Shown in pieces: positions 29,750 to 38,104 of a stretch of DNA of 64,000 nt. The DNA lies in IMG/VR virus record IMGVR_UViG_3300035670_000014, positions 96,001 to 160,000 of that record; one strand, written 5' to 3'. A model generated the notes under the pieces. That model saw nothing but the letters and a program-made list of their open reading frames with translations. It was not told the origin of the DNA and did no database searches. Numbering within the stretch: the stretch's first letter is position 1; each line of letters opens with the position of its first letter. The DNA is from a virus. A program made the position numbers and the translations under genes.

Positions 29750-29880
29750 AGTAGCATAAGACAGGTAAAGCAGAGTGCGAAGTGAGTGCAAAGACAGGTC
29801 AAGCAAAGTACGAAGTCAGGTCAAGCAGAGTGCATAAGGTAAGCATAAGATAGTTACAAAGTAGGCATGAAGCAGTTAAC
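29750..29880. repeat. Degenerate ~11-nt tandem repeat
   Basis: ggtaaagcaga/gtgcgaagtga/gtgcaaagaca/ggtcaagcaaa/gtacgaagtca/ggtcaagcaga. Confidence 0.6.
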
Positions 29881-29960
29881 CCTCCGCATAAATCCTACTT
29901 CCAGACTTCTTATTACTCTGTTTACTATGGTTATAGTGGGTTTAAGATTAGTTGTATTTG

Positions 29961-30535
29961 ATTTGTCTATGGGGGAATAAACCTATTTTAATATTCTTAT
30001 TATGGTACTTATAGGTGTATTGAATGATATCAAGTACTTAGCTTATTTAGTATCTAGAAGATAGATAAACTGTATCTATATTGCCGGCGATTTCCTGTGT
30101 GAAATAAAACCTCCTTTCGATTTCCCTATGGGGAAATAAACCTCTTTTGCTTCTTAAGAAGCCAAGGCTATATGTCTCTTGTGTAATATCAAGGACTTAG
30201 CGGAGTTGGGGTATAAGGCCCTCTTAGGAGGTTGGTACAAGTGGGTCAATTTCACTATGTAAAAATGAACCACCTTTCGATTTCACTATGTAAAAACAAA
30301 CCTCTTTTAGGGCCGGCGTAATACAGAATATACCTGATTGTAATAATATCAAACACTTACAAACTTAGCCTGCTAGATACATCCTAGACCCATATACATA
30401 TAGTGTCAATTTCATATAGGAGAAACAAACCACCTTTCCATTTCCCTGTGGGAAATAAAACCTCTTTAAGGATAAAGAGAGATGAAAGTGAGTCTAGTTG
30501 TAAAAGGGCAGGCCAAGGCTATATGTCTCTTATGC
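29961..30535. repeat. ~160-bp periodic repeat with paired ~30-bp iteron-like units and three IHF-consensus sites
   Basis: Paired units at 30090, 30249 and 30409; WATCAANNNNTTR at 30028, 30187 and 30347. Confidence 0.8.
30381..30409 (-). promoter_or_regulatory. sigma70-like promoter
   Basis: TTGACA-17 nt-TAGGAT on the minus strand. Confidence 0.45.
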
Positions 30536-30579
30536 TGGTGTAGGCCGGAGTTTTAAGGCCCCTTTTCAGGGGCCTCGTT

Positions 30580-30798
30580 TCAGGGATCGTATTCCTCAAG
30601 GATCCCTTCGATCACTTCGATCCGGTCTCTGGCATCCGCGATGCTTGAGACGTGCCTGTCGATCTCTTCGTCGAAGAGAGTATGCTCACCTATACCCACT
30701 GGGTTTTCGATGATGGCTAGAAGGTTTGATTGTGCTGTAGCCTCTTTTGCCTTTTCACGCATAAGGGCCGCTTTAAGAAGTGCGATTCCTACTCTCAT
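30580..30798 (-). CDS. small conserved phage-type hypothetical protein
   Basis: NPVGIGEH motif; GGAG RBS. Confidence 0.65.
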   Translation of the reverse strand: MRVGIALLKAALMREKAKEATAQSNLLAIIENPVGIGEHTLFDEEIDRHVSSIADARDRIEVIEGILEEYDP

Positions 30799-30828
30799 TG
30801 TATTCTCCGTTTTGTTGTTAGGGACCAG

Positions 30829-30902
30829 TGACCCCGACAGGAATTGAACCTGTGGCCTACGGATTAGGAATCCGTCGCTCTATCCGACTGAGCTACGAGG
30901 TC
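30829..30902 (-). tRNA. tRNA-Arg(CCT)
   Basis: Cloverleaf; ACGGA-TTCCTAA-TCCGT. Confidence 0.93.
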
Positions 30903-30958
30903 AGATAAGAAAAGCCCACTAGGGATAATGACAAAGTCACTAGCTAGTGGGTCAGATC

Positions 30959-31267
30959 TTACGCAGGCTCAGGTCCCCATTCTGGGCAGTCCATTACTGA
31001 ACTTGCACCTTCTGGGGTACAGAGTACTACTTCTACCACATCTGTAGAAGCAACCATGGGCACCATGGGTGCGACCCTGCTACCCTTGTGGCACAAGCCT
31101 CTGGCTGCAATGCCATGACATGAGGCAGCGCCTTCCCAATACCATACCTTGCGCGCATTTGTCAAAGTGCACGTTTTTGATGGCAAGTCAAGTGACACCA
31201 GTGTACCTACATGTACACCTGCACGGTTGTCTCGAACGAGAACAACCTGATTGATCATTGTATCCAT
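30959..31267 (-). CDS. DUF6948-like protein, paralog of 27668-27967
   Basis: High visible identity to 27668-27967. Confidence 0.7.
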   Translation of the reverse strand: MDTMINQVVLVRDNRAGVHVGTLVSLDLPSKTCTLTNARKVWYWEGAASCHGIAARGLCHKGSRVAPMVPMVASTDVVEVVLCTPEGASSVMDCPEWGPEPA

Positions 31268-31296
31268 GAGAGCACCTTCTAGAAGAAGAAGTAAAC

Positions 31297-31707
31297 TTAC
31301 GCTGTGTGCGTCAGGTTCTCAGTTGGATAGATTACCTGAGCAACGCGTTTCCGAACTGTTTGATTGATTGTTGCCTTGACTTCCGGCTTTACTTCCGTTG
31401 TCACAGGAACAGCATTGGGAGCAGAAGCCACTGTCTCGGTCTTTGCTGCCGACTGAGCGATAGTCACTTCAACTGGAGTTGCAGTGGTGCCGCTAGCAGG
31501 AGCAGGAGCTGTCCAGTCCCGAGACTGCCTGAAGAGTTTCTTGTTAAACTCCCTGAAAGCTGGCAACATCTTCAGGCCGAAGGCCTGGTCGACAATAGCC
31601 AACGCAATCGTTACGCCAAATACTACAAAGATGTAGTAGCAGCCAACGAGGCAAAAGTAAGCGATAGAACCAAAGATAGCTGTCCAGATTGAACCTTCAT
31701 CTTGCAT
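31297..31707 (-). CDS. membrane protein with Ala/Thr/Pro-rich tail
   Basis: N-terminal hydrophobic segment. Confidence 0.6.
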   Translation of the reverse strand: MQDEGSIWTAIFGSIAYFCLVGCYYIFVVFGVTIALAIVDQAFGLKMLPAFREFNKKLFRQSRDWTAPAPASGTTATPVEVTIAQSAAKTETVASAPNAVPVTTEVKPEVKATINQTVRKRVAQVIYPTENLTHTA

Positions 31708-31892
31708 GGCATTTCTCAGTAGTTAAGGGGGTGATCCCTGTATGGTTGATGATACTCGTAACCAGAATGGGAAACTGCAGCAGGGCCACCTGCAAATACC
31801 CAAAGAATACTTGCAATGGGAATTAGTATTGCGAAAAGTAATGTGCTCAAAAGAATGACTGTCAGATTGAGGACAATACTCTGCATTTTCTC

Positions 31893-32318
31893 TTACTTGC
31901 GGCGAGAGGATTTACGAGCACTCGGAGTTTCCTCCTTGATACTTTCGATTGCTGCACTGAGTGCAGTATCTGGTTCCTCCTGTTGAAGGATCGTAACTCC
32001 TCCCTGGGTGGGGAGAATGAAGCACATCTGACTGAATGCAGGAGTACCCTCCTGATTCACGAAGTGCTCCAAGGTGCGGCGACGCAACTGAAGTGAGCCA
32101 GTAACACTGACTCGGGTCGAAACCTGAAGTTCCGAGACTGTCTCGGCACTTGGTTCGTCGATGAGCACGTTGAACACGTTAGGTCCATTCAACTCACGAG
32201 TGTGAGCTGAAGTGGCCACCTGGATTTCGAGTACCTGCTTCCCCGCACGGGTCGCCTTGAGGCGAGGAGCAGCCACGATGTTGCCCTCAATCTGAAACTG
32301 GTTGATGTCTCTTGCCAT
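31893..32318 (-). CDS. ssb: Single-stranded DNA-binding protein-like (OB fold), basic C-terminus
   Basis: INQFQIEGNIVAAPRL, RVSVTGSLQLR. Confidence 0.75.
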   Translation of the reverse strand: MARDINQFQIEGNIVAAPRLKATRAGKQVLEIQVATSAHTRELNGPNVFNVLIDEPSAETVSELQVSTRVSVTGSLQLRRRTLEHFVNQEGTPAFSQMCFILPTQGGVTILQQEEPDTALSAAIESIKEETPSARKSSRRK

Positions 32319-32415
32319 ACAAATCTCCTAATGCTTGCCCCGTATCTGGAAATCAGATACTGATAAGAAAGGCATAATAAAGGCCCCGAAGGGGCCTGGG
32401 TCACAACAGTGGGAT

Positions 32416-32658
32416 TCACCGCGTGTATAACAGATCAGTCGCGAGTTCAAACACTCGGTTAAAGTATTCGAGCTGAGACTGGTTGAGTCTACTATAATTT
32501 GCAATAGTAAACTCCAGAGGATGCGCATCCGGCGTATATTCAATTTCAACATTGAACAACCCAGACTGCAAATCCAGCTTCTTACTCTTGGAAGATAGCA
32601 TGACCCTACATAAGTTGATCACATCTCCCTCTTCAATGAGCTGTTGTATTTTACTCAT
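32416..32658 (-). CDS. hypothetical protein
   Basis: ORF with GAGG RBS. Confidence 0.5.
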   Translation of the reverse strand: MSKIQQLIEEGDVINLCRVMLSSKSKKLDLQSGLFNVEIEYTPDAHPLEFTIANYSRLNQSQLEYFNRVFELATDLLYTR

Positions 32659-33194
32659 CACATCCTCTTGAAAGAAACTTCAGCAACAATCTTGTGATTG
32701 TCGATGAGATCAGGGATTGAGCACAATTTGCCTAAGTCTAACCAAGTCTGAATGTTCCCATTAGGGTCACTTTCAAATCCCAGAATCTCACTAGGACCAC
32801 CCCAAGGAGGAATGGTCCAGGAAGTTACAATGTAACTGTTTCCCTTCTTCCAAAGAAACTGAGATCCCTTGGCATCGGGATTGACCGGCCCAAGAAGTTT
32901 CAACTCACTGAACTTCTCGTTCTGAGTCTTGATCTTGATGATGAACGTCATCTCATTCAAAACATAGTTTTTGAACTTCTGGAAGAACACACACTGTTCA
33001 AACATGTCACTGAATTTGCCATTGATTGCATCAATGACCTCGTACTCGTCCTGAGCGATGAAGACATGAATCTTCTCATACTCAGTGTGGATTGAGATGC
33101 AGTACTCTTTACTTTGAGTACTGTTCCCGAAGCTGTAAGTAGCACCACTCTCAGCTAAAACCTTAGCCGTACAAAAGAAAACATCGTTACTCAT
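32658..33194 (-). CDS. hypothetical protein
   Basis: ORF with AGGAGG RBS downstream of a GAA hairpin. Confidence 0.65.
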   Translation of the reverse strand: MSNDVFFCTAKVLAESGATYSFGNSTQSKEYCISIHTEYEKIHVFIAQDEYEVIDAINGKFSDMFEQCVFFQKFKNYVLNEMTFIIKIKTQNEKFSELKLLGPVNPDAKGSQFLWKKGNSYIVTSWTIPPWGGPSEILGFESDPNGNIQTWLDLGKLCSIPDLIDNHKIVAEVSFKRM

Positions 33195-33358
33195 CTAACC
33201 CTCCTAATCTAAAGTAAAAGGAACCAAGATAAAGGCCCCGAAGGGGCCAAGGTCATTTGTCTCTAATGTCGGAGAGACCCGTGATCAAAAAGCCCCTGAA
33301 CACAGATAACACCAGTATGGTGCACCTGTGCCCAAGGGCATCACGTCCCGAGTGGGAC

Positions 33359-33901
33359 TTAGAACGGCAGGGCCTCGTCTTCCGACGAAGTGGCCACCGG
33401 CTCCGAAGGAGCCGTGGCCTTGCGGCCCGGTCCCCGACGGGCCGGCTGGGCTGCCTCGGTGCCTTGCTTCGCGATCAGCGAAGCAAGGTGGCTGAGTTGC
33501 TCCGGGGTGAAGTTCATTGCTGAACCACCACCTGAACCCGAGCCGCCAGTCGAACCCGACCCACCGCGAGCACGCTCTGCACCGCGGGGATCCAGCGTGA
33601 GCTGGGTCACCTGCATCTTGAGCGCAACGCCGTCCGTCCCGTCCTTACGCTTGAAGGACACGGGCTCCAGCGAAGTAGAGTCCACGGTCAAGAAGTCGCC
33701 CTTGTGGACGTAGCGCTTCACTACGTCTGCGAGCGAGTCGCTGTTGACGTAACAGTCGTGCTGTGTAGCACGAGTCACTTCCACTCCGTTGGCGTCCTTC
33801 CACCGCTTATTGTGGATAAGGCGGAACACCACGGAACCGGAGTCAAGGATCTGAGGGTCTGCTGCAACGTTTCCGGTGACGGAATAATTCTGTCGTGACA
33901 T
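33359..33901 (-). CDS. ssb: Single-stranded DNA-binding protein with acidic PF tail
   Basis: VTGNVAADP, YVHKGD, Gly-rich linker, C-terminal EDEALPF; AGGAGG RBS. Confidence 0.88.
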   Translation of the reverse strand: MSRQNYSVTGNVAADPQILDSGSVVFRLIHNKRWKDANGVEVTRATQHDCYVNSDSLADVVKRYVHKGDFLTVDSTSLEPVSFKRKDGTDGVALKMQVTQLTLDPRGAERARGGSGSTGGSGSGGGSAMNFTPEQLSHLASLIAKQGTEAAQPARRGPGRKATAPSEPVATSSEDEALPF

Positions 33902-34272
33902 GGTGGCACCTCCTGGTGTGTTTGGTAAATGAGCAGGACATGTCAACCTGCTCACCATAAAGGACCCGAAGGGGCCTTGCGCTAGAAGCCTCGGAATGAA
34001 GGCGAAAGGTAGTTGTGTGCACGGCGCTGGGTAATGGACACGGAGCGAGCGAAGCGAGCGGAGTTCGCCGGCTTACAAGAAAGAACTGAGAAAAAAGCCC
34101 CAACTGGGGCTGAGCACCTACTCACGAAGCATTTGCTTGTAGTGAGTAAGTTCTAGCTGGTGGGCGATCTTTATCCGGCGTATCTTGGTTTCCAGCTTGT
34201 CTATGTAGATAGCCAGGCCGGCGTTGCAACCACAGGCAAATACTAAGATGATGTCATACATGAACTGGGGCA

Positions 34273-34765
34273 TCATGACTTCACCAGAGCCATGTCCAGG
34301 AGCCGCTGGACCTTCTGACGATAGACCTGGCGGTCGTAGTCCTCAACTGGAATAGACTGCTGAAGATGAGGCGTGTTGGTCAACTCAAAGACCTGAGCCT
34401 CCAGGTGATTGATTCGCTCAACAAACCTCATCTTCATTTCCCAGATGTACATCCACATGATGATCAACAGGGCAGTCTCAGCAGCGGAAAGGAACATGAG
34501 AAAATTTAAACCAGTATCCATGGCAATCCTCCTGTTTTAGTCCGGCGAAATGCCAGACTTGTCATTATAAAGATCCCGAAGGGATCTTGTGCCCTGTAGC
34601 TTCTTCATTGATCAGACTCGGCCAAGAAGTACGAGCCAGCTGAGCTTCAAGGTTGGCAACTCGGTCAGAGTTGCGCATCTTGAGTTCATAGATGTAAAGC
34701 CAGAGGATCACAACCATTCCGGTCATGAAGGCAGAGAGTGTCATGTAAAAGTAAGTAAAGTCCAT
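34273..34765 (-). CDS. Two paralogous small TM plus coiled-coil proteins (34273-34521, 34565-34765)
   Basis: Shared W.YI.E.KMR...R...LEAQ; each has its own hairpin and leader. Confidence 0.7.
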
Positions 34766-34804
34766 GAGAATCCTCCTGTTTAGTTCAGCGAAATGCTGAA
34801 CGTG

Positions 34805-35062
34805 TCAGGCCAAAGACCCCGAAGGGGTCTGAGTCCCGCAGTAGTTCAAATCATGGTTATTAAGAGTAGAGATCAGAGCCACATAAGACACCTGGATGTC
34901 AAGCCGGGCTCCGTATCCAAATCTTTGCTCGACGTCACGAATGATTCGATGCTCAGCATCACTGCTTGAGCAGCAAACTCTTCCTCTGGCAAGAAAATAC
35001 TCACTCTCTCCAAGTATTGGAGTCTTGAATACTTTAGCTTCGTAGTACCATGGCATTCTCAT
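34805..35062 (-). CDS. hypothetical protein
   Basis: GAGGA RBS, downstream of a GAA hairpin. Confidence 0.6.
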   Translation of the reverse strand: MRMPWYYEAKVFKTPILGESEYFLARGRVCCSSSDAEHRIIRDVEQRFGYGARLDIQVSYVALISTLNNHDLNYCGTQTPSGSLA

Positions 35063-35299
35063 AAGTCCTCCTGTATTTTGGTTTTACTTGGGGTATCCCA
35101 AGTGCAAGATGCAAGTAAAAGATCCCGAAGGGATCTTTGTGCCTTGGAGCTGTTTACTTTTGAGGATAAAGGTCTCTAATGTCGGAGTGCAAGTTTGAAA
35201 AGACGGGGCGTTACGAAAGCCCCTGAACAACGACACTGTTCAATGCGTGCGCCCGCGCTGGTTTTCAGGCCGGCGTACAAAAGTTTAGTCTTCTTCTAG

Positions 35300-35397
35300 A
35301 AAAAAGAAACCCCATAGTGACCAGCTATGGGGGAATTCACTAAGGATACACTAATGTATCAACTCGTGAACTCGGCAGGGAGGGTGTCTGCCTTCTC
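35300..35397 (-). ncRNA. putative ~100-nt ncRNA
   Basis: Lies between the GAA hairpin (35405-35421) and a terminator (35301-35332); stem-loops, no ORF. Confidence 0.45.
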
Positions 35398-35516
35398 ACC
35401 ACATAGTCCCCGAAGGGGACTTGTTCCCTTAGCCAGAGATTATCTGTCTAGTATAAGGGAAATAACTGAAAATGAAAAGCCCCACTAGGGGGCAGAGCGA
35501 GATAGATGATGTTCTT

Positions 35517-35756
35517 CTATTCTGTGATTGAAACAGAATCTTCTGACACCACCGGCTTGATACCCGAGCGACCTTCTACGATCGCCATAAAGCGACCGAG
35601 GAACTGCTCGCTAACACCAAGAGCAGAGATGTACTCTGCTTCAGTGTATTCGACGGTAGCCTCTATCTCCAACTTTAAGGACTTATCCAGAATCCCAGCG
35701 CCAGGGTTAACGAAGGAAGCCGGAACAAGGGCATTGATTCTGAAAGAAGACTTCAC
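35517..35756 (-). CDS. hypothetical protein
   Basis: GTG start after AAGGTG; terminator downstream. Confidence 0.55.
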   Translation of the reverse strand: MKSSFRINALVPASFVNPGAGILDKSLKLEIEATVEYTEAEYISALGVSEQFLGRFMAIVEGRSGIKPVVSEDSVSITE

Positions 35757-35889
35757 TGTTTCACCTTTTAATTGACTGGGGCGAAATTGCCCAGATGGTT
35801 TAATACCCTCGTTGCCATGAGGGCGGAGCCCGATGGTCTGCCTGAGCGAAGCGAACTACGCCGGCGCCAGTTGAAACTCAACTTCCTGC

Positions 35890-36108
35890 TCAATGATAGT
35901 ATGAGAAGTAACTCTCATGGAGCAGTGTGCTGAGGCAGACCAGGGACAATATGGTCGGTGCCCAGAAGAAACCAATCATCATAAAGTGGTCGAAGTTGTT
36001 GATGCTTGAGAAGCCTCGCTTGGCCCCATCAACCTGCTCGTTGGTAAAGCGAACTGTACACATGATTGACAACCACAAGCTAGCAGCAAATGCAAATACC
36101 TGGAACAT
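35890..36108 (-). CDS. small membrane protein
   Basis: Two hydrophobic segments; GAGGTG RBS. Confidence 0.6.
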   Translation of the reverse strand: MFQVFAFAASLWLSIMCTVRFTNEQVDGAKRGFSSINNFDHFMMIGFFWAPTILSLVCLSTLLHESYFSYYH

Positions 36109-36276
36109 AATTCACCTCTAATTTATCAGTAGGAAGAAATAGCCGAAATGGCCGGAGAAAATGCTCGGTCACACTATGGGCCCCGAAGGGGCCCTGGAGC
36201 CTATGTGTCTTGGATGCAGGATAAGAGCTGAAAATGAGAAGCCCCACGAAGGGGCAAGAAAATACCATGGACACAG

Positions 36277-36453
36277 CTAAGCGGGTGTTACGACCACTGG
36301 CTGCATCTGATAGTACCCATAGCCGACTACACCAAGAAGGTAAGCCTCGGCTGACTGCTGTGCCTCCTCCAAAGAGGAGGCTTCAATTGCCCACGTCAAG
36401 ACGAACGGATCGTCCCACGCGGGGCTAAGGTTAAAGTTGGCTCTGAAAAGCAT
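36277..36453 (-). CDS. small hypothetical protein
   Basis: AGGAG RBS; complete hairpin-leader-terminator cassette. Confidence 0.6.
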   Translation of the reverse strand: MLFRANFNLSPAWDDPFVLTWAIEASSLEEAQQSAEAYLLGVVGYGYYQMQPVVVTPA

Positions 36454-36619
36454 GGCAACTCCTGTGGTGCTTTGCACCCGTGTTTGATCCAGGGAATCCC
36501 AGATCTAGTCGACTTATGGGCCCCGAAGGGGCCCTGGAGCCTATATGTCTAAGACTTAGGGTAAAGCTGGAAATGAAAAGCCCCCAGAAGGGGGCAGGCG
36601 GTAGAGTTACCGCAACAGC

Positions 36620-37621
36620 TTAGCGGCCGGTGGCTAGCTTCGCCATTGCAAGCACACCCTCTCGGGTGGCCGCGCCGGCGATGAAGCGTCCAGGGTGACA
36701 GAAGATGGCATCTGCCACTCCAGTCAGAGCCTGAAGCTCCGAGTCACGCTTCGCTGCCCACTCCTCGGGCAGAGGAAGTCGCTTGTCAAACGACCCCTCC
36801 GAGGGAGGAACGCACTGAAGCATCCACTGACCTCTGGGGTCGGGATAGACAACGAAGTCTATCCCTGTGGAGGAGTCAGCGTTAGCAGCGATAACTGGTC
36901 CTTGCCAGGAGCCGCCACGCTCCAGCACCAGCACGGTTTCGCCCTCAGCGAGGGCTTCCTGTGCCAGTTCCAGGATGCGGGCACGATCCAGCTCCGCCTT
37001 CATAGCGGAGCGAATCTCGGCAGCCAGCAGCGTGCCGGCCAACTCGACTGCCCGCTCGAAAGCGGAGTCGAAGTCACCACCGTCCTCGGTGGGGTTCATC
37101 GCGCTGATAGCGCGACTCACCGACCAAACGTTGAGGCCCCGAGGAGCTGCTCCGACGTCTGCAGCGTCCACTGGCTGCACGACCTGTCGGTCGATCAGCT
37201 CCCAGACTGCCTCGGTGGCCGGGTCCGTGGTGTGCCCGCAAACCATGGCGATTGCGGTCCTGCCGAACGCGGCCCATGCCAGCCCGAAGGCTGCATAGGG
37301 AGCACCCTCGGGGGTGCCACCTCGACGGCCAGCAGCGTCCGTAGGCCTCCACTGGTGGTGGTCGAGGTAGTGGAGCGGGCCGGACTGTGCATGGTTGCGC
37401 TGCGTTTCATGACGTCCTCCGACGTCAATGACCGCAATCATGCAGCTGTCCAGGATCTCGGGCTGGCGAGTCCTGACAACAGCCAGACCCTCGCCGCAGT
37501 CAAATGCCAGCGCCGCCACGGCGCAGGCAAACGTCTCGTCTGCGTGGAACACACCATCGTGTGTTCCGATGTGAGCGGGAGCAATTTTGGCTGCAGTTGT
37601 GTCGATGGTATGAATCAGCAT
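36620..37621 (-). CDS. MYG1-family (DHH-like) exonuclease/hydrolase
   Basis: THDGVFHADE, RTR, DVGG, DHHQ, FCHPGRFI. Confidence 0.9.
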   Translation of the reverse strand: MLIHTIDTTAAKIAPAHIGTHDGVFHADETFACAVAALAFDCGEGLAVVRTRQPEILDSCMIAVIDVGGRHETQRNHAQSGPLHYLDHHQWRPTDAAGRRGGTPEGAPYAAFGLAWAAFGRTAIAMVCGHTTDPATEAVWELIDRQVVQPVDAADVGAAPRGLNVWSVSRAISAMNPTEDGGDFDSAFERAVELAGTLLAAEIRSAMKAELDRARILELAQEALAEGETVLVLERGGSWQGPVIAANADSSTGIDFVVYPDPRGQWMLQCVPPSEGSFDKRLPLPEEWAAKRDSELQALTGVADAIFCHPGRFIAGAATREGVLAMAKLATGR

Positions 37622-37767
37622 GACTTCTCCTGTGGCCCAGAGGGCCGGTTTTGACTCGGGGGAGTCCCGAGTCTGGTCGCCTTATGGCACCCGAAGGGTG
37701 CCTGGACTTATAAGTCTCAGATCTAGGCAAGACCTGAGAAAGAAAAAGCCCCTTTCGGGGCGGGGGC

Positions 37768-37986
37768 TCAGGAGCTGGGAAGCCCCGGGAGGTTAATTAA
37801 GTGGGGACGCTCCGTCAACAACCGGAGCGCGGGCTCATCGCCCATACCCGGGCGCAGCACTGCCGCGTAGAGGTCCCTCAGCTTTTCGTAGTGTTTCCAG
37901 GTGTCCATATCGCGGGTTGTCGACGCGATCCACTTTGCATCATGGTAGTTGTTATAGCAAATGCTATGGGCCTCGGCTGCTGTCAT
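37768..37986 (-). CDS. small hypothetical protein
   Basis: GGAGG RBS before MTAAEA; complete cassette. Confidence 0.6.
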   Translation of the reverse strand: MTAAEAHSICYNNYHDAKWIASTTRDMDTWKHYEKLRDLYAAVLRPGMGDEPALRLLTERPHLINLPGLPSS

Positions 37987-38104
37987 AACTCCTCCGGTGG
38001 CGCCATGCGCCGGTTTTTGACTCAGGGAAATCCTGAGTCTGGTCACACTATGGCACCCGAAGGGTGCCTGCAGCCAAAGTCCGTGATATAAGGCAAAAGT
38101 TGAG

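Noticed and set aside
37686-37702. sigma54 promoter (TGGCAC) in some hairpins
   Set aside because: No TTGC at the -12 spacing, and most copies lack TGGCAC.
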